Source of the DNA: Camelus ferus | Taxonomy: Eukaryota | DNA length: 64,000 nt | Reading direction: 5' to 3' | Assembly: GCF_009834535.1 (NCBI RefSeq) | Contig: NC_045707.1 | Coordinates: 52,206,001-52,270,000, forward strand | Shown here: piece by piece, positions 1-13,009 of the stretch | How positions within the stretch are numbered: the stretch's first letter is position 1 | Layout of the letters: every line of letters starts with the position of its first letter | Translations under genes and position numbers: made by a program | The notes under the pieces: model-generated | Databases searched by the model: none | Told to the model about the DNA's origin: nothing | The model's input: the letters and a program-made list of their open reading frames with translations, nothing else

Positions 1-897
1 AAAATGATGATGCAAAATCAAAAAGACTTTACAGCCAATCAGCTGCATTGAACTTGAACACTAAATCTGTTTTTTAAAGTGAACTTGTCTGTAGTTTTCA
101 GTAGCTCAATTACATATGGGATTTCATAGATAGATAGGTAGATCCATAAGAGATTTGAATATAAATCTTTTTAGGAATTTATCCTACAGTAGTATTCCCA
201 GCTTCAAAGGTATTAGCAGCTGGCAGTATTCAGTCTAAAAAAATCACTAATAAATATTCATGTTTATTTGATCATTTTAATAAGTATTTATTAACTATCT
301 ACCTTACTAAATATTTCAAGGAGAAGAAATATGTAGCTTATAAAAGAAATGTAATGTGTAATATCTCTTCAGATTTAAGGATGATTCAACAGATGTACTT
401 GAAAATTGTTTATAATGAGGTTTTAGCTAAGGATAAATCCTTAAGAGTATCTTACATGCAGAGTCAGGAACAGTCAAGGACAACAATGAATGCAATGAGA
501 ATAAATTTTTAAGGTTAAAAAATAATTCCACCCTTTAATATATGAGCCTGAAAAACTGTAACAATGCCATTTTCCCTTTTACCCTCTTCTAAATAATGCG
601 TACATTTAATACAACCCACTGAAAGAAATATAGACAGCCTTGCCCTTGAAAGACAGTCTGATCTAAAGAGGAGCTGAAGAAAAAAAATTATATCACCTGA
701 GTCCATATAGTTAAAATAGTAAGAATAATTAAGTTAATACCTTGTGATTTCTTAGAGTGCTTGTCACCCTTTTAGGCACCTGCAGCAGGCAACAACAGCA
801 GCAAAAAGCCCAGTTCCCTTAATTTCTACCTTTCTCAATTTTGAAATTAATTTCAGATGCACAAAAGTATTTTTCTAGGACAAGAGCCATGTTTAAT

Positions 898-909
898 GGT
901 ATATATGTA

Positions 910-950
<41 letters not shown>
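898..950. repeat. Compound (TG)n(TA)n microsatellite
   Basis: Directly visible dinucleotide runs. Confidence 0.95.
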
Positions 951-1499
951 TTATATTTTCCTTTCATTATTACCTTTGCCTTTAGAAACTACACTTGTTA
1001 TCTCTCTCCCCCGCACACACAGACACACATACACACACACATTATTTCACAGGACAGGAAAGGGAAGCAAGTATAGATAGCACTTGTGCCCCCTGATGAG
1101 TGTGGTCCAGTAGGACCTACCAGAATGTTTTACCTACAAGCCTTTACTTTTATTATTTATGCCGAGAACATGGTTTTTCTATTGTCTCATGTCCAGCTTT
1201 TATATGTCCTTTATGGGTCAGAATAGAGGCCATTTTATATCATGGTGTCTTCCCAGCACGCCTCATGCCCCAGTCCAGCAAAATGATCTCTTCTCTTTTG
1301 AAACATTCTTGTCACTTTGTCGTTGTGGCGAAAAGACTGAAGTTGAGGAACAGCATATAAATGTTTCTCTTCATAACTACAAAGACGATTTGACACCTTT
1401 GTCACACAGTCCCTCCCTCTGGACGTTGTTTCAGGAATCTGCTTTTTTAAAAGTTGCTTGTTAGAAAATTATTTTATATTTCTTTGAAAATTTCCTTTG

Positions 1500-2330
1500 C
1501 CTTCCTTGCCCACCTGCTTTTCTTACAGCTGATGATCTTGCCTTCCATTTCCTAGAGAAAATAGAAATCATCTGGTGAGTTCACCCCGTTCTTTTGCCCC
1601 CAAGTCTAAAAGCTTAGTTCAGTCTACGCCATCCCTCTCTTCCGTCCACCTTTTATGGTGGGAGGAAACACCCAAACTTGAATCCATGCTCAACTTCTCC
1701 TCTCCTGTGAGTTCTCAGGTATTCACGTCCACCTCTCTGTTCTCCATTCCTAATCATCAGCTTTATTTTCTCCGTAAGATCCTTCCTACTTGTGTTAACT
1801 TAAGTACATACCTACCAATCTGTGGTAGGACTGGCACGTTCCCTTGAAGATCCATCCATATTCCTGCCACTCTTCACAAACTGCTCAGAGTTTTTTTTTC
1901 TCCTCCAGACGTCATTTTCATGACCCCGTCTGCCTCCAGTTCTCTCTAATCTTACTCCACCTTTGTGACTCTTTCGAACTTTCTCAGGAAACCGTGTGGC
2001 TGTTTTTGCTAAATCCATTGGCCACTCTTCAGTTCTCATTTTACTTTCCCACCAGCATTTAAAGCTTGACAATTCAATCCTTTTTGAAATATTTTAAACT
2101 TAACTTCCTTGGTACCACATTCTCATGATTTTTTTTTTCTCTTTGTTGATTTTCTTACTTTTTGGTAGTTTCTTTTCCTACTTTTTTTCTTTTCTGGGCT
2201 ATGTGATAAAGAGTTCCACAAAACTCAGTCATGGGCCTCATACTCCTCTCCCAGTTTCCCCCCTCACTCCCTCCCTCCATGGTCTTCATTACTATAATTT
2301 AAAAACATGTTTAAATATTTAGCAGCAGTC
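1500..2330 (+). mobile_element. Degenerate L2 LINE fragment (may extend upstream to ~1150)
   Basis: L2-like motifs gctgatgatcttgccttccatttcctagagaaaatagaa and ccactcttcacaaactgctc; pyrimidine-rich plus strand. Confidence 0.6.
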
Positions 2331-3210
2331 TTACAGTTATGTGTACCAATAGCTAGTGCATCCTTTGATAAAATAGGGATATGCTTGACAGGCTTATTAG
2401 ATTTGGGATCAGCTAATAAAATACCCTCCACCCTAAACAATATTTGAGTTGGTTCTACCATGTTTCTATTTTTATTTGTTTCTATTTTACTACTGAATGT
2501 CACTGTCTTGTTTCATAAATACACTATTTCTTTAAATACACAAAATAATGGAAATGGAGAAAGGGGAAAGCATGAAAAAGGAGTAGAATAAACAGATGTT
2601 GTTGTACTAAGATATTCTTACCTTTTGGCAAAATAAGAAATAAGTAATAAGAGCGAACATATGAGAAATGGTGCAAATGCTGATACGGTTATCTTTATTT
2701 TGAAGTCTGTGAGATTCACACAGAGATTCATAGTGGAAAGTTTTTAATCAAATCGAGAAGAAATGTCTGAGAAAAAGGCATAGCTGTGAAAGTTGTGGCA
2801 GTTAAGCTCTTTTGGGTTATAACAAACAAGGAGAAAATAAATTGCTTCAGTCATTATTATGAAGAATATATTTTGAAATAGAGTTTACTTAAAAGCAAAT
2901 ATTACTTTTATTGAAGAATATTAATAATTATATGACAGACTCCTCCAGATTATATTTGAACGTTTGTCCAGGATAAAAAGTTACCAAGAAATAAGACTAA
3001 AGATAATGCAGAAATAATGAGAAATATTGGGGAGCAGGAGAATGACTTGTCACTAATGACAAAATACAGCCTATTCTAAATAGGCAGTGGGAATTTCAAC
3101 GTGGGAAATAAGAGGTCAAGGAAATTTTAATCAGCTGCAGGCTAGAAGGGAGGAAGAGAAGTACACTGAGCACAGGTCAGTATTCAGAAAAAAGTAAAAG
3201 GATTATACAA

Positions 3211-3335
3211 GGGAGGAGGGTATAGCTCAGTGGGAGAGTGCCTGCTTAGCATGCATGAGGTCCTGGATTCAATCCCCAGTACCTCCATTAAAAAATAAAT
3301 AAATAAACCAAATAACCCTAATAACACCCTCTCCC
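3211..3335 (+). mobile_element. Camelid tRNA-derived SINE (Vic-1 type)
   Basis: A box tagctcagtgg, B box ggattcaatccc, (aaat)n linker, C-rich end; flanking direct repeats 3185-3209 and 3336-3360. Confidence 0.9.
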
Positions 3336-4754
3336 CAGAAAAAAGCAAAAAGATTATACAGTATGTCAATGAATAAAGGTTAGTGTGTCGTGTGTGTGTT
3401 GTGTGTGTGTGTGTAACATATACTGTGATGTATAGATTGATATCTCTGTCCATCATAATCACACTTCATTTTGCCTTTGACTTGATTTTTCTAGATGCAC
3501 TATTTCTGGTAGTAACTCAAATATGATAATACCAACAGAATTACTTGCCTTAGCTCTTTTTTGATTTATTCACATCAAATGCCACCTCCTCAGACAGACT
3601 GCTGTAGCTCCCTGCTCCTGTGGTCACGGTGTATACTCTTACCACACTTTTTTGTCATATAATTTACAACTACTTGATACTTTATTATTTTCTTATTTGC
3701 TTTACTTTTCGCTTTTAGACTAAAGAAAACTAAGTTTAACACTCTGTGGGAAGTGTGTGGTACCTTCAATAAAAACACTGTGATTACTCTAGTTTGGTTA
3801 TCGTGGCTGTTCGTTTTTCGGATATTCTGTTGTGTAATTATTGTGACATGTAAAAAACACCCATAACATTATTTAGTTAACCTAACACTTATGGCCAACA
3901 GTCATGCATGCACACACACATGCACACACAAAATATACTAAAGAAGTCTATGACATTTACTTAGAAGAGTAAAAAATAAAGGGATTTCTTTTTTTATTTT
4001 TTCTCATTAATTCACATATCTTTTTGTGAGAAAATACTGTTTCCTGATAAGAATAAATAAACTTGATCCCTATAAGTAATTTATGGTAATTGTTCTCATT
4101 CATTCCTCTTAATTCTTCAGCAAGGTTAGTGGTTAAGGCCACAAGGTCCTGTGTTTGACAGCCTTTGTTTTATATCTTCTACAACTCTTTCCTGTCTGTG
4201 AATTTAGATAAAGAATATAAACTCCCTTGTCAATAGAATGAACGTAACAACATTTTCATCTCCATATGTCTTAACATGTTAAAACATTTGTAACTATGTT
4301 GCAGCATTGTAGTGATACAGTGTGTGGTACTCCCCACCTCCCATCAGAGTCGTGGCTCTAAGTATGAAGTACTTGTTCATTTATGCTGCACATCATTCCA
4401 CGAACAAATCTAGACAGGGAGCATCAAACCTGCACACTAAAGGGAGAAGAGGCCTCCTCCTCAGGAAACACGACCCTCTTCTTTTCTAGAAGTCCGCACA
4501 AGAAATCTTGAAGAGGAGCATCCCAATCCTGGGATTGCCCTTCTTCGCCAATACCTCCTGCCCCTGTTAGCTGAAATGAATACGGCCTGGGCCTGTTAAA
4601 TATGTACTGTTCTTTGTATATCAACTGTATCTCAGTAAAGTTGTTCAAAAAAGAAGGCACTTAAATAGGACAATTGTGTAAGAAGGTCCGAGTAGCATAC
4701 TTAGCTGTGATTTTTCTTTATACCTCAGAGGAATAGGTGTGTCTCCATATAGCA

Positions 4755-5005
4755 CTTAAGAGCAGAGGTGTGGTCCCAGAACCAGTTCTGCCATAGGCTG
4801 GCTGTGCAACCTTGGGCAATTGACTAACATTCCTAAGCCTTTGTTTCCTTATCTGTATAAGGAAACTTGTTAATAATTAATAATAATAATAATACTTGTT
4901 AATTCTACCTATGATTTTTGTATTTATATGTGAACATGGGCTGAGATAATAGGTACATTTAGTGTAGTGTCTGGTGCCTTACAAATGAGCAATAAATAAT
5001 CATTA
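4755..5005 (+). mobile_element. MIR SINE
   Basis: Core-like ctgtgcaaccttgggcaattgactaacattcctaagcctttgtttccttatctgtataa and MIR-like 3' end. Confidence 0.8.
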
Positions 5006-5847
5006 TTAGAATTTTATTGTGATATGTTTCCTCTTCTACTGTTCTTCAACATCTGGAAATAAGGCAGCAGGCTTTGAGCCAAAGGGCAAAGGAATGCCAG
5101 CATAAAGTTCTCCATTTTCTTGAGATGGAAACATACACTAATGCTAAGGATGCTGGTGAAATAGAAAATATTTGGAAAATCATTGGCAGTGATGGAACCC
5201 ATTCAGAGCTCTTAAGAAGCAGCTGCCTTAATATCCCACCTATCTAGATGGGCATAGAATAGATGGTGTCCCTCTAGTACTGAGAGTACAGTTTTAACAT
5301 GAAAGGTCCTCATTAGATTTTAAAATATTGCACTTACATAGCTTGCTTCTGTTATGGGAAGAGGAAAATTTTAAGTGCTTCTTGATTGAGAAAAATATAT
5401 AATGAGTATACAATGGAATAGAATATATAGTTATTGATATAGTTGTAGATTATTATTACTGTTCCTAATTTTGTTAACTGTCTAAATTATTGAGAGACAG
5501 AAAGTCATTTGTAAGGTCCCTTGATAATCAGAAGGAATCTTTGTTAAGCAAATCCAAGTTTAATACCCATCCATTGACCTGGAAAACCCCAAGGTACTGG
5601 TGAAGTTATATGCATGCAATACCTTAAGATGCTTATCAGAAAGGGGATCATCGTGTCATTTTCTTTGGTGGCTGGTGCAAGACACTCCAGATCTTGGGGC
5701 AGAAGGTAAAGAGAATGGACTCAGTACTACCAAAAACCTGCCACTGTCCATAACCAAGTAACCAAATACAGGTGCAATATATATATAATGGTTTTGAAAA
5801 TGCCACACCAGTGCATTTCTTGTTTTCTTAAATTATGATGAAAGTCT

Positions 5848-6085
5848 GCATAGTGTAATGTTCAGACTAAGAGATCTGGAGCTACTGCTTTGCTGCCTGA
5901 TCTTGAATTCAGGTTCTATCACTTAATGACTGTGTGGCTTTGGATAAGTTATTCTATTTCTGTGTGCCTCAGATTTATCATCTCTGAAATGAATATAATA
6001 ATAGTTCATGCTCCACTGACTTGTTATAAGAATTAAAAGGTTTAATAAATATATTCTTTAGAACAGTGCCAGGCATAAGAGATTG
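5848..6085 (+). mobile_element. MIR SINE
   Basis: Core-like tgtgtggctttggataagttatt...gtgcctcagatttatcatctctgaaatg; 3' ttagaacagtgccaggcata; followed by (ATG)n. Confidence 0.85.
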
Positions 6086-7809
6086 TTTGTAATGATGATG
6101 ATGATGATGATGATGATGTTCATGCCCAGCCATCCTCACTCATGAATCAGTGGATTTCAGTTCTTCAGGAACTTGAACAGATACCACCTAAAATACTGAG
6201 TCATTTCTCCGTCTGACTGTCAAATTAGTTTTGTAAGTCAATTAACCGACAGGTTTAAGCTGTGAAGAGAAATCTCATTTTAATGTTCACTTCTTACATA
6301 CTAACTCAAATAATCAGTCGGTTTATTTTGTGATTTGCTACTCTAAACTGGCATTTTGATTTCTATGTACTCCTAATGAAAGTCAAAGGGAAAGGTTGCA
6401 TATCCAGAAATCACAGGCACCCTTAACTTCTCTTTGCTCTGCATCTTTGACACTTTTCTAAATATCTGGCTTGTATGGTTTCTGGACCTAAATGGACACA
6501 TATTTACAACAGAGGCTCTCATTTTGACATTCTCATTATTGAGAATGTGAAGAATCATGCTGATAATTTTTAATATATTTAGAGATGGATACTTTAACAT
6601 ATGAATATTTGTATTTCCCTGGTTTTTACTTTCGGTCTGTCCTACTGTGAAACATTTCCAGAATCACTGACCTTGTATTAATATTACAGTGTAATTCAAT
6701 TACAGCTTATCCCCTACACATACACATATATGCATGTATATACATGTACATATGTAAACACATGTGTACACATACATTCAGTAAGGGAAGATATAATATA
6801 GTTGATAGTCAAATTCTTAGTTGTTCCACTATAGAAAATTCCACGTGTTGGTAGAATTAAAAGCAAATATGATTGCCATATGTTTTTCTGAAACTTCCCA
6901 AAGACAATTTTTTAATTTAAATTGAATATTTATAGACTAATACAACATTCAAACTCTGGCTTAAATGCATTTATTTCAGGTTAAATGACAATAATAATAT
7001 TGCTTTAAATATTTTAAAGCATTTCACATTTAATACTATTTCATTTACTCCACTCTGACTACATAATGCAGTGAAACATAACACTTTGACACTAATAGAA
7101 AATATTTGTATAGTCTTAAAATGTTCATTAACTCAGTAAAGTATTAAAGTTAGGAATAATTTACATTCAAGCAAATTTACAGGCTAAGGGATAGTTACAA
7201 AAAACTCATAAAATACAGCTTATTTTCTAATTTTGCTTGCATCTTTCTTATAGCTGTACTCAAAAAGATCATGTATTCAGATGTTTGTGCAAATTACTAT
7301 CTGCCCATTTTCCATCTTTCTCTCTGCACTGAACAACAAAATGTACAGGCGTTAGCTCTTGACATTTGACACTGGTGGGAAAGATTAACAGGAGTTGTGA
7401 CTTTGACAGATCAGATATATTAAGCCTTTGCTGATGGGATCCACTGCAGAAACGCTGGTTTGTCACTGTAACTAAGATATTTCTTTATTTTTTCCAAAAA
7501 AAAAGGAACATTTTTCAGACTAGTATATTGAAATGGAACCTAACTGCCTGCACATCACAATTTTAAATTATTTCACAGTATCCTTGTTGAGTTTTATAAC
7601 AGTATCCAAAATATTGACCCATATCATTTTCTAAATAGAAAATACAGATTTTATGTTTTATGTCAAAATGGGAGTTACCAGGGGCATAAAAATTGATTTT
7701 AAAATACTACTTCTTAGACACAGAAGTTGCTTGTTGGCCAGAAGATTTAGACTCCATTGCACCCTTATGATCAGAGCTGTTGGTATGTTTGTGTTTTCAC
7801 ATGCTACAG

Positions 7810-7897
7810 CAGTTTTTAAGATTGTTAAGAGTTGAAAAATGATATTTTTCCAAATGGATGACTCTTTCAGAGATATTGATGTTCTTTTAACTGATCT
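7810..7897 (+). other. Candidate exon (unverified) with ATG at 7839
   Basis: T-rich tract plus CAGCAG acceptor at 7807-7812; donor GTGAGT at 7898 overlapping GTAAGT at 7902; no recognisable repeat. Confidence 0.25.
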
Positions 7898-10712
7898 GTG
7901 AGTAAGTTTTGAAAAGGAATTGGTTTCTCTTAAATTCTATTTTTAATGATTAAGGCAGCTACCCAGGGCTCCTCACAGTTCCAAGGTTTTGAACATTACT
8001 TACATATCTGCTGATAGAATTTTGTACTTCAGTTAACTGTGTTTAATTCAGCCTGAGAGTGGGAGAAAAGGGGGATAGGAATGGTAGAAAGGCAGATTTG
8101 AGTAGAAGAGTGTTTAGATATCCTGTAAACTCTATCTCCGTTTATCATAGTTATGAGAGTCCTTGACTACCATTACTCTGTTGTTTTGTATCATTCTATC
8201 TCTGAAAGGAATCCTAATTCTAAGCCTTCATTCAAGAAAAATCATATTTTTTACCAAACCATTATTAACATTAATTTCTTTTCCTGGACTAATCTTGTCC
8301 ATACACTAAATTATTTGAGAGTGACTCTTGAGAATGTTTTATAGATTAAAGACCCATGATTTCTGCACATGCTTCATATTTACATGTTTTGGATTTCCTT
8401 AAATCTATGCCACTGACATTATGGGATTTGTATGGAATATGTTGTATGTGACTTATATTTTTCTCCTTAATGTTAGATTTGAACCTAAGGTGTTTTTTTT
8501 TTTTAAGTATAAGGCTTCTTGGCAAGTTTTTTTGTTTTTTTTTTATGTATGGTTGTTGGAATAACATCTTTCTGTAAGGCTATTCAAAGTAAAATTATTA
8601 TATGTAGCAGATAGATTTTGAGAACCAAAATAATGAGCCTCAGTTGAATACAACATTTAAAGACTAATGATAGATTTGACAAATGTATCAAGGACCCATT
8701 TTCTGGAAATCTAAATGTCATACTCACTATCAGCAAGGGTTAGAGTAATATTGTGAACATTGATATGTCCTAAACTCTTTCTAGTAAAATTGAGCATTTA
8801 ATCATTAACACTATTACATTAAAATGGTTTCTTTTACTTTTGCCATGTAGAGACACTTAAGATAAAAGAAGCGCAAAGAACACCCAAGTTTGAGATATGT
8901 TTTATCTGAAGCAGCTGTTCAGATTCTGACCCAAATTACATTTTGTTTGGTTCACTCGCTATGAAAAGAAAAAAAAATTAAATATCTAACCAATTTAAAG
9001 GGATATTCAGAGCTTTTACCTAACTCTGAGTTGGCTGTGATTCGAATTTTACCAGGAACATTTATGAAGTAAAGATTTTGCCATGCCTTTTATGACTAAA
9101 TTGTTTAAGTGGTAGACCATACGGAACTGCATCATATTCCTAAACTCAAGTTGTTGCAAACCATAGGTGATTTTGAATGCAAGTTGTTAAAATCACTGCT
9201 CATTTTCCTTTTATTACCCAACTACAACAGAGTAAATTTGTGAATGCAAGTGGCTTTGTCCATTCACTTCCACTTAAGTTCCAAATTATTACTCTCTGTA
9301 CTTTGACTTTCCTACTCCTTTTGGTACATTTCCTAAGACAAAAATGTCACCCTTTTCTATCAGTCTCCTTTCTAAATTCAGAATAAGCCTCTTACTTCAT
9401 TTCTTGATCTAGGAAGCTAAAAAACTGGCTGAGCTACAAAAGTATTGTTGTAAATTTACATTTACATGTTGTATATATTTATGTATATTTACATTTATAG
9501 TGTATATGTATTATATATAATATATGTAATATATTATACATAATAAATGTATGTGTGTTTACAATACACACACACACATATATAAAAACACAAAGAAGCC
9601 GAAAGAAAACAAGATTTCTTTTGCTCCTTTGTTGTGTCACTGGGTTTAAGCCCTTGGGTTTGGAATAGAGGATTTTCAGTAAGAATTTTTAACAGAATTG
9701 TGAGGTCTAAGAAATTCTCTTAATTTAAGTATAAGTCCTACAGTTAAATTGTACATTAATTTCCCCATATTTAGATAATAATTATATAACAGATCATGAA
9801 GTTTTAGAATATCTTCATATTCTAAAATATCTAAGATAGAAATAATGTTTTATTTCTCCTTCATGATTTCTGTGAATATATTTGATTGAAATATACTATA
9901 TAGTATGTAAAATATTTTGAAAATGTTTTGTTTCACTGTTCTCTAATAGAAACCTTTTTGCAATAATCATAATAACTCCCCAAACTTGAGAGATGTCTGA
10001 AAATTGTTCTGGGTGTAAGAAAAATTGAAATTTTTCTAAGAAGTTATTTTCAGCAGAATATTTGACCTCAGTTTTCTACCAGCATTATTTTACAGATTCA
10101 TAAATGGTTTCTTGGCAAAATCCAATCAACTTTCTTCAATTTTCTTTCTTTTCCCAGTTGTATTTGCAATCTTTTTAGTACTCTTTTCTCCTTTATCTTA
10201 CCTGAAACTTTTTTTTTAACTTTGTCCTCTTTACTAGCTTTTCTTTTTATAATCAGTTGCTGTTCAGCTCAGTTCTTTTCAGTATTCTCTAAACATTAAC
10301 TCATACATTTACTCACTTACTTTTTTCTATAAAAATGAATAATTATTCATTGTCTGTTTTGTGTTAATTACTAAGGTAATCCATCAGCCACTCTAGTGTA
10401 ACCCAGAGTTATGTTGACATGTATGACTCACAAATCATATGTTGTGGCTATTCACTCTCTCTCCAATTAGTTATGAGTAGATTAGAAATGAGGAAATTAA
10501 AGTCATAGGATATTTTATCAGAAGTCCTTTGAAATGGCTTTTGCTATTTAAAAAAAAAAACAAGAGAGTTAGTTCAGTGAATGTATACTCTTTGAATACA
10601 TAGTGATGTAATTTACTCAAGCAGTACAAGTTCTGAGATGAGACTGGACTGCATCATAATTGCAGCTACTTCATAGTTTTGTTGGTTTGTTTTGTTTTTA
10701 AGAAATAAATGG

Positions 10713-10760
10713 TGACACAACATTGTAAACTGACTATAACTCAATTAAAAAAATAAGAAA
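10713..10760 (+). mobile_element. Ultra-short 5'-truncated young L1 (about 33 nt of 3' terminus plus A tail)
   Basis: tgacacaacattgtaaactgactataactcaatt matches the reverse complement of the L1 end at 16039-16073; TSD aagaaataaatgg / aagaaagaaatgg. Confidence 0.85.
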
Positions 10761-11256
10761 AAGAAAGAAATGGGATAGTCCCTGGAAATTCTGTGATACA
10801 GTAAGCACTCCTAAAGCCCAGAGCTTATCATTGCCATCATCATCATTAGTATTACCAAAAAAAAAAAAAAAAAATTCATCCTCTTCCTCCATGCACTGTA
10901 CATACTCTAAGGTGGCAATAAAATTCTCAGTTGCAAATACTGCCTGTAAATATGTCCCATTCAAATTTTATAAATGTACAAATAATTAAATATTTTTAGG
11001 GTCAAGTATTTATTAGTCAAAAATACGTATAGGTGCCTAAATTCAAAATCAGCATAAATGTTTGAATACAATATATTTTTGTTTAGTTCAATTTGTGTGT
11101 TATAATTTAATTAAATAAGTGTTCTGTAGAAGCAGGTAGATAGAATCATTACTTATTTGTGCTTTGTGTGGGATAGAAAATGCAAATAATCCATCCCAAT
11201 CGATAGACTTTGTAACAATTAAATATATAATGTACTTGCATTTATGTTTTACTTTA

Positions 11257-11998
11257 TTTTTATATTATCTTAATCCATATATTTAATTTAATTAATTTAT
11301 TTATTTAGGTATAGTTAGTTACAATGTGTCAATTTCTTGTGTACAGCATAATGTCCCAGTCATGTATTTTATATATATGTGTATATATACATATATATAT
11401 ATACACACACACATTTATTTTCATATTCTTTTTTATTAAAGGTTGTTACAAGATATATAGTATATATATATATACTATACAATATAGTTCCCTGTACTTT
11501 ACAGAAGAAATTTGTTTTTTACTATTTTTATGTACAGTAGTTAATATTTGCAAATCTCGAACTCCCAGATTTATCCCTTCCCATCCCCTTTCTCCTGGTA
11601 ACCATAAAATTGTTTACTATGTTGTGAGTTTATTTCTGTTTTGTAGATGAGTTCATTTGTGTCCTCCTTCTTCTTTTTTTAGATTTTACATATGAGTGAT
11701 ATCATATGGTATTTTCCTTTCTCTTTCTGGCTTACTTCATTTAGAATGATGATCTCCAGGTCCATCCATGTTGCTGCAAATGGCATTATTTTATTCTTTT
11801 GGTGTCTGAGTAATATTCCATTGTATAAATATACCACAACTTCTTTATACAGCCATATGATCCAGCAATCCCATTCCTGGACATAAATCCAGAGGGAACT
11901 CTAATTCTAAAAGGTACATACACCTCAATCTTCATAGCAGCACTATATTCAATAGCCAAGACATGGAAGCAACCTAAATATCCATCAACAGATGACTG
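11257..11998 (-). mobile_element. 5'-inverted (twin-primed) L1 3' fragment
   Basis: Minus-strand 3'UTR to 11852, then plus-strand L1 segment 11853-11998 that is contiguous with it in consensus coordinates. Confidence 0.9.
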
Positions 11999-12304
11999 TT
12001 TACTTTAACAAAGCATACTTCAGCCTGAAACCATTGAAAATTCAGGCTCTTTCAACATTTGAGAACACAATGGTCATTGGATAATTTAATGAAAGTCAGT
12101 AAAAGATTTATTTTTAAGATTGAGCTCTGTAAAGGGTTTTCTAAGTCACTTATTCATATTGTTGTCATTTGTATTGTAAACCAACCAATTATGAAAAACA
12201 AAATAAAGAATGTTTTAAGGCTAGGTCACTGATGAGTTTCCTCTGCATTCTAAAAGCTAATTGATCCATACAGATTTTTTATGATAACTATCAAACAAAA
12301 TCAA

Positions 12305-12784
12305 AGTATAGTACAAGGCCACTATATTAACACCACAAATTAGGCAGCTTAAAAGAACAGAAATGTATTGGCACATGGTTCTGAGGGCTGAAAAGTCTGA
12401 AATCAAGATACTGGCAAGGCTGTGCTTCCTCTGAAACCTGTAGGGGAGAATACTTGCTCACTTCTGGCTTTCTGGTGTTTGCCTGCAGTTCTCGGCTCTC
12501 CTGGCTGATAGATGCAGTGCTCCAATCTCAGCCTCCATTGTGGTAAGACCATCTTCTCCCTGTGTTTCTCTGTCTTCACATGGTCTTCCCAGTGAGGCTG
12601 CCTATGCCTGAATTTCTCCTTCTTATGACACCAGTCATACGGGATTAGGACCCTAAGGACCTCATCTTAACTTGATTATCTCTGCAAAAACTCTACTTCC
12701 AAATAAGGTCACATTCACAGGTACCAGAGTTTAGGATTCGGGCTTTAACATGTCTTTTGGGGAGTCACCACTCAACTCTTAACA
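12305..12784 (-). mobile_element. MaLR solo LTR (MLT1B/MLT1C-like)
   Basis: ggcagcttaaaagaacagaaatgtatt...aagtctgaaatcaag...gacctcatcttaacttgatta...ttccaaataaggtcacattcacaggtacc; ends in aaca. Confidence 0.85.
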
Positions 12785-13009
12785 CTGAGCATGTTTTTTC
12801 TTGTTCCTTCCTTCTCCCAGGCTCTCAGTCTTTTCCTGGCTGCACTCCTTGTCTATTCATCAAGCACTGTGTCAACAACACCCGTATTTTTTGTTTTTGT
12901 GATTCTACAAGGTTTAATCTAGTAACCCCCCTGTCCCAAAACCTGGCAAAATGCTTTCATTATCTATCTCTCTTTCCTGGACTTTTTTGCCCTTAGCCTA
13001 CATATTGGT

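Noticed and set aside
741..779. Minus-strand 39-nt candidate exon (VPKRVTSTLRNHK)
   Set aside because: Reasonable acceptor but weak GTATTA donor, no recognisable peptide and no partner exons
3211..3290. tRNA gene (also 29947-30020)
   Set aside because: Has A and B boxes but is followed by the SINE AT-rich linker and bounded by TSDs
5023..5247. About 74-codon stop-free plus-strand frame (...LEMETYTNAKDAGEIENIWKII...)
   Set aside because: No convincing splice sites or homology; this length is expected by chance in 64 kb
7839..7896. C/D-box snoRNA-like motifs (atgata...ctga)
   Set aside because: Box C is non-consensus, the span is short and there is no terminal stem
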